Shown here: one piece after another, positions 25,523-37,825 of the stretch
Numbering within the stretch: the first letter of the stretch is position 1
How the letters are laid out: the number at the start of each line of letters is the position of its first letter
NCBI GenBank assembly: GCA_000934665.2
Contig: JYFJ02002434.1
Location: forward strand, 1-57,267
Direction of reading: 5' to 3'
Length of the DNA: 57,267 nucleotides
Origin: Catajapyx aquilonaris
Lineage: Eukaryota
Made by a program: the position numbers and the translations under genes
The notes under the pieces: model-generated
What the model was told of the DNA's origin: nothing
The model's input: the letters and a program-made list of their open reading frames with translations, nothing else
Databases searched by the model: none

Positions 25523-26698
25523 TACTATCGGGGATAAGGCCCGAATAAAACTGCTGTGTTCCAGGAAAAGCCACACTGCCACCTCGAGGGTCACAAAACA
25601 CAACAAAAACATGCACTCTGGTCAAGCACAACCTTAACCACCTTCTTCAGGTTGGCGACCCGGACCTGACTGACAATCTCCCATCCCCAATGCCCCAACT
25701 CACTTCCATTTTACCTCTCCGTGCACCTCGGGAAATGACCCATGTGACCAAACAAAAATAAAAGAGAAAAATATCGATATACTGTCCACCATAAACATTA
25801 TTATCTGCTAATGTATCACTCACCTCCCATATACTGACTGCCTTTTGTTTCTCCCAATAGAACAAGGGCCCAAGTCCAAGGTTTAAAATGTGGGATAACA
25901 GCTGACCTGCGCACCACATCGATGTGCCAAAATTAACATGTGTTGGTGTGGCCTATTAAGGCCTATTTCCAAAAATTATTTTAATTCCTCAAATAGTTTA
26001 GGTCTTTAGGAATGAAAATTTAATTTCTCCACCCTTTTTGCACCCCACCTGTATTCTATTTGGTCATTCATTGTATGGGATTGTTACTATTCCTTCATTT
26101 GGAAAATGACTGGGAAAATCCGAACAGCAATGAGGGTGATATTGATTTCTGATATCAGGTATTATGAGTGAGTGTATGAAGTGCCAAGGAATATTGATGG
26201 GGTGGTGCCCACCGCCAGCCAGGGAGAACTATCTAGGATCAGTATGGAATATTCCCAGAGAAATAAGTAGAAAAGTCGCTTAGTTTGGAACGAACTCGGG
26301 CTATCCCCGTGTGTGGGTGGCAGAGCACGTGAATATTAATACCTTCGAGCCTGAGTACAGGATGGTAATAAATGATTCACTTGCAACGTCCCGTTGGTAA
26401 TTTGACAGTTGAAGAGGGTAGACGGGGGTGTGGGAGGTCGGACGGGTCCCGGACACCGCAGGCTCTGCCTGTCTCTATAACACACGGCCCGGATAAATAT
26501 TATAGCTACACTGCCCTAAGCCCCTTTCCTCCTATTCCCACCCCCGTACTGTGTGATCATTTTATGTGTCCTCGCCAAGCCAACTCAGTTCTAGTCGTGG
26601 GGGATTTTCTCAATTTCATGCTTTTTGTTGACGCGGTTGTACATACACCATCATTCAGGTCATCAAATTCGTTTATTTCGGTAGCATTGAAAGGGAAC

Positions 26699-26777
<79 letters not shown>

Positions 26778-26957
26778 GTGTGTGTGTGGGTGGTGTGTGT
26801 GGCGGTGTTGCTGCTGCTGCGGTATTTGTTGTTTTCCCTATTTCTTAGTAGTAGTACTACTACAGTAGCTGCTGCTGTATTTGTTATTTTCCCTATTTCT
26901 TAGTAGTAGTACTACTACAGTCGCAGTAGTAGTAGTAGTAGTTGTTGTTGTTGTTGT
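26699..26957. repeat. (ATT)n plus compound simple repeats with a ~55-bp tandem duplication
   Basis: (ATT)n 26699-26777; GCTGCTGC.GTATTTGTT.TTTTCCCTATTTCTTAGTAGTAGTACTACTACAGT at 26813 and 26868. Confidence 0.9.
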
Positions 26958-27457
26958 GGCATATGGAATATGGGTCTTTCGATTTGGAGGGTGTGTGGAC
27001 GAAGGAAAGAGGGGAGGAGGCGGGGAAAAGGTTGGAGGAGGCTTGATATCCAAGTCCCCCGGCGAGGAACGAAATGAGATTTGGAGCTTTCGAAGAGTTT
27101 GGGCCTTCCCCAAAGATTCCTACTCAACCTCCTCGTGGCACGCCTCCTTTTTAGCGACAAATTCTAACAATTGAGGAAGTGAACGCTGCTATTTTAGTCC
27201 CTTTCCAGGATTTCTTGGTTATCGCGACTGTTGGCCTCATATCTCTCTCTCCTATTCCCCCCCCCCCGCCCCCCGTTTCTCCTACTTGTCATGTTAGACA
27301 CTGCAATAATGATTTGTAAGAGCAATATTAAATGACCATTCATTGATGGAACTCTCTCTTGTTATGCCGTCTCCAGGAAAATTTTGGAAGGCCAGTTAGG
27401 CTGTCGACTGTATAGAGTTTGATCAAGCTGGGAGAATAGGTTTGGCGGCGAGAGAGT

Positions 27458-27765
27458 GTACCTGTCTTCAATAAGCTGTGGGACCGGAAGTAGTTGTTTT
27501 TACTGTAACTGTGGGGACTTTCACTCATCAGTGGGGATATTTTTCCCACTTGCGGGGACGTTTACGGTATACCCACAAGAAAATTGCGGGTTTTCTTTTG
27601 CAGTAGTGGGGACAAGTCCCCACTATTTCCAGTTTCAGGGTTTTAGAAAAGTCCATTTTTCTCGGCCTATAGGTGACGAAGGGTAGGATAGGTTAGGTAA
27701 GTTTACACTAGCTTTGAAAAGTAGTCTTTTTCACATCCCAACACCTAATAGGCCGCAGGGAGTGT
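27458..27765. mobile_element. Second copy of the GTGGGGAC-repeat element
   Basis: Collinear with 18425-18775. Confidence 0.65.
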
Positions 27766-28747
27766 GTGGGTCAGCATGTGTGTCTCCCTGTCTGGTCGTC
27801 TACCGTTTTACCTGTTAGTCCCCGATATTTCTCACCCATGGATACGTTTTTGATTTGTTTTGGGCTGAGAATTTGGCGTAGGAGGCTTACACTAGTAACA
27901 CACCATGCATTAAGGGATTTCAGGTTTTCCGATGAATCGTATCATAAGCCGATTTCAACATTAAACATTTTGTTCTTACATAAACTGAACGTTGTTGCCC
28001 ATGATGCCATATCAACTGTATCGTAACAGTATAAATTTTGTAAACACTTATTTACGAGTGATGAAACAAAAGTCATGGCGCATATTTTGAAGGGTTAGGA
28101 TATTTGAACCTTTAAAGTGGCGAATAGTAATTACGGTAGTAGCTATGCCCGACATCTGTCTAGTGTGATAAAAGATGATGCGAACATATCCGAGGACGCC
28201 AGATGGGAAACAAAAGGATCCCCAACCCCCGAACTCCCTAAACAATGTGACACATGAGACACTTTTCTCTCCGTATTTGATCTGACCTCAACAGAGGCCC
28301 CAATGTGGTCATCAACGTTGAGAATGATATTGTTTACCGACGGTGCAGCAGTTGAAAGCCATTCATTCGCATTTTGATCGTGGTTGATACCATGGTCCAG
28401 AGAATGTGCTGCTGCTTGCCTGCCTGGTGTACAGTTGTTGTTCGGACATCAGTCTTTGTGACGCGCTCCATTCATGGAAATTTCCTTATATACAATAGAA
28501 GAGAGGTCAAAGCACAAGGACTTAGGTCAGGTAAATACGGAAGGTGTTCGAGCACAAACAACATACTCTCTGATTATTATGGATCTCCACTACTGTAAAT
28601 CCAAGGAAAACTATTTTCTTAATGCCCCCCGCTACCCATGACACGTCAGTCTTGCCATTCAAGAGCGATTGAACCTAAAAATAGATTTTCTATTCATATT
28701 GGAATATATTATACGTGTATACTGTATATCTTTGTATATGCTTAGTA

Positions 28748-28826
28748 CAGTCCGGATATAACAAACTTCAAAGGACCGAGAAAATCACTCCGTTATAACC
28801 GAGGCTGTTATATCCGGAGTCAACTG
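28748..28826. mobile_element. Miniature pogo/Tigger-like MITE
   Basis: TA-CAG..TCCGGATATAAC ... GTTATATCCGGAGTCAACTG-TA. Confidence 0.65.
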
Positions 28827-29867
28827 TATTTAATATTTTTTTGAGATCTGAGCAGCTTAGTGCGGCAAAATCGTTGAAACGGACCATCAAATGAGTTAGA
28901 AACTCTCTGCATACTGTATAACCAAAAATGGTACAGTACCAATGAACCACCAATGTCTTTCAGCCGTAAATCACACTTAACCAGAAAGTGCTACACGTAA
29001 AGAAGTGGTAAGACTCATTGGTATATTTATTTTGAGTCTGATTTTATGCGCAAACGTTCCCCAGACCTGTAGCCTATTAGGAATTGTAGGCTGTATAAGG
29101 CCGCCAACTTTGTAAAACCTACCCTGGAGAGAGAATAATAACGATAACAGAAAGAAGTTCTGCCTCTAAAGGGAGCGAAATTGTTGATTTTTAATTTAAC
29201 AGGCTAGAGGTGAAAATTAATTGGTCTGACAGGAAAACCGGGGTTATTTTGATTGGAAGGGCTCCCAGCCACACCCACTTCCTCACCATGCCCTCGCTTA
29301 TCTTTCTGCATATTGATTCATTTTCAAATGACATCATCATTGTTGTTTTTCCCTTCCCCAGCTCCCCTCTCTAACTCTGTCAGACTGCAATCAGGAATAA
29401 TTCGCTAAGAGATTGTAAGACCGGTTGACGCAAAATCTCTGATTGTGTGTAGGTATTGTAAATACCTAATAGGATGCAATAGACCAGATTTTTTTTTCTT
29501 TCATTTGAACCGGAAGAGAGGAGTCTGCAGGGCATTCATCACTTTCCCAGCGCAGAACATTTTGGCGTGAATAACCCTCCCATAATACAGTATAAGTTAC
29601 TCTATCCTGGCACGTATAACTCATGCCAGTTGCCTATGCTTTATACAATCTTGCCTCATAAATCATATCGTTACTGCTAGGAACATAATTTCGCACAAGG
29701 ACCTTGCCTCCTCCCCCTTCCCACTCTTAGCTTGATGGAAGACAAAGCTGATTGGTTGATCCCGTTATTCCAAGCGGTATATTCACCCATATTTTATATA
29801 GCAGAGAAATAAAAATAGCCCGAGTCCCGTTGATGCCTACACTACAGTCATCTCCCGTGTTATAGTG

Positions 29868-30354
29868 CAACCTTTTTCGGGTCGCAACCCCCTTTTATGA
29901 AAGTCAAGTAACCTGCCACCCCNGTATTAGTAGAAGATTAATGTAGTATGGGGAGGTGTAGATGGCCGAGATGGTAACGTCTCGGCTTGCTGAGTGAAAG
30001 GCCCCAGGTTCGATCCCACCTGGGGAACTTTCCTTTCACCTGCGTCAGGAGGGGTCTCTGACCTGCACCAAGGAGGTGTCTGGCAACCTAACCTCCTGGG
30101 GAACAGCACATGACCCCTTTACCGACATTGCACTTGCACCACATGTTCCCTCCCCAAAAATCCCTATCCTTACCTAACGTCCTTGATTCCCTGCACCGGA
30201 GATTGAAGGAAAGAAGTAGGCTACTCAGTAGTAGAAAACTGATGGTGGTGTGCCACCCCCCTAAAAAGGCTCCGCCTTATCACGGGGTAACGTAAAAAAA
30301 ATATTACCGCGACCCCCCGCAAAAGGCTTCGCGACCCACAGGTAAGGACCAGTG
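29868..30354. mobile_element. hAT (Charlie-like) MITE containing a SINE
   Basis: CAACCTTTTTCGGGTCGC ... GCGACCCACAGGT..ACCAGTG; TTATAGTG on both sides (29860-67, 30355-62); left tip partly deleted. Confidence 0.6.
29950..30300 (+). mobile_element. tRNA-derived SINE, head type C
   Basis: A box TGGCCGAGATGG, B box GGTTCGATCCC, terminal ..CACGGGGTAACGT-A7; second copy at 31780-32381. Confidence 0.88.
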
Positions 30355-30821
30355 TTATAGTGCAATGCCATCCGTACGTAGACCACGAAAACTCATTTTT
30401 GTGGCGTGTTCCTGAGCAGCGCTCTAGTCAATGCAGCAGGCAGTGACTGGGGGAATGAGGAAGCTGCACCAGTATACGTTGCCACATGAATATGTCAGGG
30501 ACTCTCATAGTCTCATCCTCCTTAGACCCACGGTTGACGTCCCTGTAAGATTGCTAGCCAAGTGGGCTAATAGTTATTTTTATTTGTCATTATTCTGTTG
30601 TATAAACACAAAATTTTTCAAAATCTAGCATTTTCTGGGCATAAAATCTCGGATAAACACAGAAATTGTTGTATGGGTGTGTAACGCCAGATTGGGTGTA
30701 TTTCTGACTGGTGACGTTACTCGAGTTCCCCAGTTCGGGTTTCCGCCCTATGGTCAGGGGGAAGGTGGGAAGACGTTGTTACTGCCGGGTGGGGGGGGGG
30801 GGGGGGGGGNGGGGGGGGGGG

Positions 30822-31107
30822 GTGGATTACCACCATCGGGATTTTTTTTTGAGCGTGTTAAGAATAATCTTGTTAGTATACTCCAAGGTAGTTAGGAGGG
30901 GATGTGCAAAGTGCGTGTGCGCGGGCGAGTAGTGGTCATTTTGTGAACTCCCCCGGGTGGCTTAGTCTATCGGAAATTGCCACCCGAAACGAAGCCAGAG
31001 ATGGCCCAACTCTGCACGAAAGAAGGTGGGAACCCCGGGTGGGGGATTGAACCCGGGACCTTAACTTCCGTGGGCGCGCGCGTTACCGCGGCGCCACTTC
31101 GTCTCTC
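30822..31107 (-). mobile_element. SINE type B, poly(A) subfamily; tail lost at a G-run/N
   Basis: Near-identical to 20866-21155. Confidence 0.9.
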
Positions 31108-31779
31108 TTGTAGAGATTCATATGTCAGGGTGGTGAGGAGGCTACCCAGAGGCCAGCCGATTAGCCCTAGAAGGTAGTGGGGAAGGTTGAGGAGGCTAAG
31201 CCTGGGGCCAGCCGATTAGTCCTCTAAGGAGAGTGGGAAGTAAGTAACAACGCAGTAGTTTGGTTTCACCCTGACCACTGGTGAGAGCCGACCCGAAGAA
31301 CTGAACAAGTCAAGAGCTTGGATCGGACTCCCAGAACAGTTGCTTGGGTTGGTTGGAAGGGTTACCCAGCTTGTATGGGCTCTTTCTGAGTCGAGGCTGC
31401 CCCCTTGGCAGCCGGGGGCAGGGGGTAGGAGAGGAAGGTATGGGATTGCAAGGTAGGGGGTGGGGGAGAAGGGTGGGGGAGAGGAGGGCCAGCTGCCTTG
31501 TGTATTTATACTCAATTCTGGGTGTCTGTGATTGGCTATATTTGAGTTTTGCGGGGGTGGGGAGTTAACGGTTTGGAAGGATCTGGAAAGATGACGAAGA
31601 GAGGGTGGAATGTTGAGAAGGGTGTGGGAGTGACGTAGAGGGAGGGTGGATGCAGAGGAAGGTGGTGTATTTTGGGGTTGCCCCCTGGGGTAGGGTCTCA
31701 CAACGGGGGGTCGGAAGAGTTGGGAGTGATGTGGAGGGTTGAATACAAAAGTGTGGAACATAAAATAAGTACATACAAT

Positions 31780-32381
31780 TTTATTTTATTTATTTCTTTA
31801 TTTTACCCCATGATAGGCCTCCATAGGCCCTTTTAGGGGGTGGCACACCACCATCAATTTTCTGATTTGTTAACTTCAATCTCCGGGGCAAGAAATCAAG
31901 GACATTAGGTGTAGGTAAGGATAGGGATTTTCGGGGAGGGGACAGGGGTGCAGGAGCAATATCTCAAGTTTGGGCCATGTGCAGTCCCCCAGGAGGTTAG
32001 GTTGCCAGACACCTGCTTGACCGAAGCAGGTTGGCATAGTGGATAGGGCGTCCGACTGCTAATCGGGAGGTTGTGGGTTCGAATCCCGGGGCCGACAACC
32101 CTGACCGTGGTTTTCTGTGGTTTCCCACGGTCTTCCTAGGATAATTCCGGGGTTGCTTTCGTATAATAGGCCACAGCCGCTTCCTTCCTTCCCCATCCTT
32201 GGAGGTTGAAAGGCAATGCTGGGCCAATCTCCTTAATATCAATAATAAAGTAAGACACCTCCTTGGTGCAGGTCAGAGACCCTCCCGACGCAGGTGGAAG
32301 GGAACTCCCAGACGGGGATCGAACCTGGTACCTTTCACTCAGCAAGCCGAGACGTTACCATCTCGGCCACCACATCTCCCT
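31780..32381 (-). mobile_element. SINE type C interrupted by a type A SINE
   Basis: Matches 29950-30300; 20-bp TSD ATAAAATAA(G/A)TACATACAAT at 31760-79 and 32382-401. Confidence 0.9.
32020..32252 (+). mobile_element. SINE type A with a short alternative tail
   Basis: ACCGAAGCAGGTTGGCATAGTGG..GGTTCGAATCC; 13-bp TSD AGACACCT(G/C)CTTG at 32007-19 and 32253-65. Confidence 0.9.
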
Positions 32382-33866
32382 ATAAAATAAATACATACAA
32401 TATGTAGCATATATTGTTGGGGCACGACAGGTGCACACTGAAATGTCATCTAAACGCAAATGTGCAGACCTTGCCGCATTTTCCGAGAAAAGGCAGATTT
32501 TCTTCTCCCATGGCAACATCTTTACGTATCACGTCATTTACGGCCGCTATTTGCGCTTGGGTGGTCATGAAGTGGCGCGCAAATTGGGTGTCTGGCCGGC
32601 AGCAAGGGGCACAGGGCACATATTCTGGACCTACCAGGGGCAATACCGGGCCAAAGTTCAGCCTGGCACGGCCAATCTGGTCAGTTCGCATAAGATGTCG
32701 ACTGCGACTGTGATTGGTTGTGGCAATGACAAAACTTGGCAGCATCTGTGGGAGCAGCCATCTTGGTTGTGGATCACAATAGGGCATGGAGATGGGATAT
32801 GCCGACATTGTTGCATCGTGCCGAAAGAAGAGGGGGAAAAATGTATTTCGTAATTGAAGATAATTGCATCCTCAGTGATGCGCACATGCAACTCGACCCC
32901 CGAAAATGGGAGAATTTTCGTAAGTCTGCCCTTTTGATATCTACTTTTCTGGACATTTACATTCATACAAACCAATAAGAAACTTGATGGACACAATAAT
33001 TCCAGTTGTTATTATCTATTTTGGTAATGAATTAGCCAAATCGAGGAAGCGTGTTATCATATACTGCATAAAGACCACCTGATTTGCACTGTGACGCTCA
33101 TTATTCTCTAGGATTATGCAAGCGCACTGAGGAAAGGTAGATAACCGCTGGTATAATTGTGGACCGGCTTGCGGAGGCTTTGTGCATGTGTGGTGATGCA
33201 TGTAGAGCGCAACTGTAAGGACCTTCACAATAATCACTGTTACATGAAGCTTAGCTAAGCCCATTGGATTCAAATTATTGGGAAGAGTGGGATGTGAGGT
33301 CCCCTAAAATAACCCCCCTCCAGAAAAAAAGCATTTTCCTGGAGAGGCGGTTACCTGTCCGGCCTCATCCTGATGGGTGCAGAGAGAGAACGAGCGTGGG
33401 ATATGTGCCGTGAATTATTTAACAGCAGGTTGGTTGCCAGACGCAGCGCTAACATCCCTGATAAATACTGCAGGCATCGCCTTTTTTCTGGATTTGCCCA
33501 CCACCATGATTTTTTTGTTTTGTTTGCCGACTGGGTTGCGGTCTCGAGAGGAAAGACCACATGACCAGGTTAATGTTTTCCAATGGAGCTGTGGTTTTAA
33601 CTGCCTTTACTCTAGATGGGTTGAAACTGATTTTTTGTCCCGATTTTCTCCCGCTCGTGCCTGCATTACACACCTGTCCTACCCGTGTGCTTTGAATCAT
33701 CATCAACCCTTGGAGCGATCAGGGGACACGTGAAATAAGTGACTCCCTCACCTGGACCTCCCATTTCTCTGTAGTCAAACATTGGTACACCTTTTTGAGG
33801 CCAAGTAATGCAGGGGCTGGCCTCTTTCCGAATCGAGTTACGATGCAGTTTTATTGCCTTGGAATT

Positions 33867-33902
<36 letters not shown>

Positions 33903-35099
33903 CAGTGCAGCGGGTAGGAGGGAGTTGAAGAGAGTTGGGCGAGGTCGGTGGCAAGTGGGGGGGGGAGGAGGGAGGCCTTCCCCCCACCATCAAATTAGAA
34001 CTAACTGCAGAAGAGAAAACCCGAGCATTATTTATTAAAGCCAGAGCGGGGGGGCATGAGTAATTCAGCAGGCAGCAAAGGCAGGGAGATCCATGAATAT
34101 TTCGGGTGACCGGTTGTCTTGCAGAAGACTAACCCCCTCAGCCGCTCTCGTTTCCCCCTCCTCCCTCCCCACCTACCTCCCTCTTCGTATCGAGTTTCCT
34201 TTCTGATAGATTAATCATGGTGGAAAGGACTCTCTGATCCAAACGGGCCGATTTTGTGCGTGGTTGCACGCCATTTCATGTATTAAACCCTGTCTGCAAA
34301 CCTCCAGCCTAATCCCCCCCAAAAAGGAATCATGTCCTACATTACTTCAGAGGACTCGAAAGGTTTATACAATAGATAGTATTGTGTAGACAGTGTAGTA
34401 CATGCTCTTCACACGCGGAATAGAAAGTTTTTAGCACCACTAATCATTATGACGTAGGCCTACTCTTCTCTTGTCGTCAGATCGGAACAATTGAAAATGC
34501 CGTTCCAATTATGCACCTTTGGGCCCCCAGACCATGTCCCAGACAGAGTGGCTTTCACTTGTTTCGCCACGTCCAGAAAATTTGGGAGAATGTTGCGACG
34601 TAGATAATTGTTGAAAAAAAATTAATCATTTTACAGCCAATCAGTATTAAGTTTTGAAACGTGTGTTGTGTTTGTTTGTTTGTGTAACTTATACATGATG
34701 GCTACAGATCACAAAAAGTGACAAAAGAGATAATGAATGATGACACTAAGCCTCTAGATTTGTCCTAGAAAGGCAAGGTGCTAAGAACTTGAGATAGGAT
34801 GAGTGTGCTGCAGCCTCATTTGCGAGATTTCTGCATTATTTCGTCTCATTGTAGGAATGCCAGAATGAAGACATCATTCTTCTTCTTTCAAAAATGTTGC
34901 ACATTTTTTTTGTCTATATGGACTATGTTAGTATGTTGCACTGAATTGTCAGTCTAGTGTAAACTATAGACTTAGTTGTAGGGGAAGTCTTCCCTAATGT
35001 ACCCAATAGGGTGAATTGGGAATAAACAATACAAATACAAAAATACAAACTGTAGATTCAGTTGGGGTGTTAGTGGTACCACTCTTAAAAATTACTTAA

Positions 35100-36107
35100 A
35101 GGAAGGGTTCAGTGATTTTGCATGTTGGGCTTCAGAGATCAAGGAATACTCCCTGATTCCAAAAATGTGGTCAGTTTTGGAATCTGACGCCGCGTAAACA
35201 AATGCCGTTAGGTGAAAGTCCATATCCGCTACTGTATTCGATACGGTAAGCGTACAGCCAGCGCCTCCCGCGGAAATTCCGGTAACCTGCCACCACCGTG
35301 GCCAATGGGATTGGCTTAAGGCCCGTGCACACTATAGTTGCTGGCTACGGGCTGCTCCCGTTCATTTCATTGTCGCTGTCGCTCCGTTTCATTGCCGTGT
35401 TCACACTCAAGACGCTGTGTCGCAAGCCAGGGTGGAAAGCCACCACCCCTCACCCCCAGCACCCTTTCCCCAACCCTAGTCCCCCCCACCACCACCTCAC
35501 ATCGTCCACCCCCCAGAACCTGTTTGCGTGTCTTCTCCCCTATACCCGACCACGTGTTGTCAATCTCCTGGCCTGCCTGAGTGAATGAATAGTTCCAACT
35601 GTGCTCGCCAGAGGAGCCTCAGTGGCCCTGTACACCAATCGGCCCCACCCCTTGGTGACGTCTTGGCTCTCCATTGGCCCCTTCCCGCGTAGAGCGTGTG
35701 AGCGCAGCGAAAAAATAGAAAAATTTCTATTCTGAGCGGCGCGTACCAGCGTAAAGCTGAGCGGAGCAAACTGGGCTGTGATTGGCTGCCACTAGCGGAG
35801 CGGGAGCAGCGCGTAGCCAGCAACTCTAGTGTGCACGGGCCTTTAGTCTCGGAGCCCATTTTTTCATCTTTTCACGGGACACGGGTTCCCTCTAGCCACA
35901 AGAGTGGAAGCTTCGACCGCTGCATCGAAGCTTCCACTCTTGTGGCTAGAGGGAAGCCGTGTTCGGCGCTGATTTTCAAAAAAATCAACTTTGACTTGAA
36001 ATTTTACTCTTATGGTGCATTTGCCAACAAAACGGATCGGATATTTCAAATCAGGGAGTCGTGTTTGATTTTTGGAGCTCAACATGCAAAATCACTGAAC
36101 CCTTCCT
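35100..36107. mobile_element. TTAA-flanked Kolobok-like MITE
   Basis: TTAA-AGGAAGGGTTCAGTGATTTTGCATGTTG ... CAACATGCAAAATCACTGAACCCTTCCT-TTAA (28-bp perfect TIR). Confidence 0.88.
35319..35842. mobile_element. PIF/Harbinger-like MITE nested in the Kolobok-like element
   Basis: TTA-AGGCCCGTGCACACTA ... TAGTGTGCACGGGCCT-TTA. Confidence 0.9.
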
Positions 36108-36974
36108 TTAATACGTAGTCCTTCTGGAGAAAAGAAACGGAGAACTGTTGCCAACAAATTCTGACTTTGAGACCTATCGTTGCAAGACCAAAGCAAAAGT
36201 ACGCCCGCGGTTCTGCAGAAGTATATTTTTTGCATCCTTTGGATAGTTGCTCCACCAGTATCCGTGTAATTTAATTAGCAGGGATTGCACGTCTGATGAT
36301 TTTTTTTTCGGATTCCTTCGTGTGACACACGCCATGAACCTGCACTATCCTTCAACATGGATACAGCGTAATGCGACTATGGCTGACAGTTCTGAAATCT
36401 CGCGGAAAACGAAAGACACCAAGCTGCCTTCTTCTTGAGCTGGGCAAGTAACGTTCGCAGTACGACTCCTCATGAATGGCAAATCAATCCCTGCCGCAGT
36501 TCACTCTCTACCCTTGCATCTCATATATAGGTTATTGCGTATGACGACATTCAGAACCATGTAAAAAATAAACAATTATTGCTACCTATGATGCCTCTTT
36601 TTAAAATGATTGCGATTAGAGCTCTATGAGTACCCTGAAGATAGCATTACAGCCCATCAGGTCGCCTTCAGAAACCGTTTGGCAAGACATTGCTGGATTC
36701 TACTAAGCTAGTCCTGGGCTAAGGCGGGTCTTAATGCATATTCAGGATAATCAGGAACACTTTCCATGGAAAGACGTTAGTGCAGAATCCAGTCCACCTG
36801 GAATATAAATGCTACTCTCTGTCGTAAAAATTAAGCGTTTTCTTGAAGAATGTATTATTATTTTGACGTTTATTTTTGAAATTTTGTTGTTTAAAATTTT
36901 TCGCAATCATGTATCATTTTTTTCAAAGTGTTGACTCGTTCATTTATTCATTCGTTCATTTCACTCACGACATT

Positions 36975-37115
36975 TTCCCATCAAGATGGGGTTACCAGCG
37001 ATGACCAGACACAATCCACCTGGCCATCTCGTACGACCAGTATAATGAATCCTCTAGTGACTGGTCAGGCCACGCAAAGGATATAATGGATAGGATGATG
37101 ATGAAAAGGATGGCA
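36975..37115 (-). mobile_element. Headless SINE tail fragment
   Basis: AAGATGGGGT..CCAGCGA.GAC..CACCT.GCCATCTCGT..GACC..TGGTCAGG..CACGCAAAGGA matches 2167-2270. Confidence 0.7.
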
Positions 37116-37330
37116 TGAATACGTATACAGACACACAAACACTCGCGCAATGTACACATACTGTATAAACATACAGAAATTCATATTAAAACTATGCAAA
37201 AACCATGTAAACTGTCCAGCACGAAATGGTGTGTTCGACGGGCGATGTAAACGCCAGCCACCAAGGCATACGACATCTCACCCAGAGGTGCTAGTTGGCG
37301 ATCGTCACCAGGGTGATGGTGTTGACGCTA

Positions 37331-37825
37331 AAGGCGGATTCACACTAGCTGACGGTAGCATACGAAACGAACGGAACGGTATGACGGAACGAACGGAAAG
37401 AGGGGAAAGGTGTTCAGACACAAAAGCGAGTGGCGTGGCTTTAGCCTCCGTATCCCGCAGCGCATATGCGCTGTGCTTGAACTCTCTGGCAGGACTCTCC
37501 CTGGGGCTCTCCCTCCCTTCGGACCGGTACCCTTCTCTTCTCCCGTCCCCCCGGCTCCCGCGTCGCGACTAAGGTCCTTCGTCCTGCCCCCGCCAGAGTC
37601 GCTGCCCCCACTTTCCCTTTCGTTCGCCACACCCCTGCCGCTTTCCTGGCTCTTCCATTGGTGGATGGGTCCGTAAGCCACCGTATTCCGTATTCCGTGT
37701 CCGTCAAGAGTTGATTCCTTTCGTAATCCCTTTCACTTTTCGTCATCCTCAAGTGGGCTCTGATTGGTCCACTATTTCGTTTCGTTCGTTTCGTTTGCTA
37801 CCGCCAGCTAGTGTGAACCCCCCTT
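37331..37825. mobile_element. PIF/Harbinger-like MITE
   Basis: AAGGCGGATTCACACTAGCTGACGGTAGCA.ACGAAACGAACG inverted at ~37778-37825; TA on both sides. Confidence 0.8.

Larger units (their letters stand above)
24665..25955. mobile_element. TTAA-flanked long-TIR non-autonomous element (Kolobok-like) carrying a SINE and a MITE
   Basis: TTAA-AGGGCCACACCAACACATGTTAATTTTGGCACATCGATG ... CATCGATGTGCCAAAATTAACATGTGTTGGTGTGGCCTA-TTAA; arms ~270 bp once the SINE is removed. Confidence 0.8.
30680..32429 (-). mobile_element. Probable solo LTR (~830 bp after removing nested SINEs)
   Basis: TGTAACGCC ... GGCACGACA termini, GGTG on both sides (30676-79, 30430-type match at 32430-33); minus strand has CCAAT then TATAAATA (~31512-31535) and a pyrimidine-rich tract. 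Confidence 0.6.

Noticed and set aside
27120..27150. HDV-like ribozyme (CCTCCTCGTGG)
   Set aside because: No P1 partner upstream and no P1.1 GG.
26372..27174. Poly-Tyr/Val/Thr membrane-like ORFs (also 3748, 24994, 43225)
   Set aside because: Translations of microsatellites.
27517..27535. Hammerhead ribozyme core CTGATGA..GAAA (minus; similar at 53130-53143)
   Set aside because: Only 2 nt lie between the core halves, so no stem II can form, and flanking stems are absent.
28250..28570. Tc1/mariner catalytic fragments (minus VLEHLPYLPDLSPC; plus DLTSTE..MW)
   Set aside because: Suggestive but too short and decayed to delimit.
32414..33733. Host exons among overlapping 60-140-aa ORFs
   Set aside because: No recognisable domain or splice pattern; ORFs occur on both strands as expected by chance.
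36975..37080. Ribozyme in the SINE tail (CCTGA..stem..GTCGTAC/GTCAAAC)
   Set aside because: Stem-loops are present but neither copy has the CUGANGA/GAAA core or an HDV-like pseudoknot.
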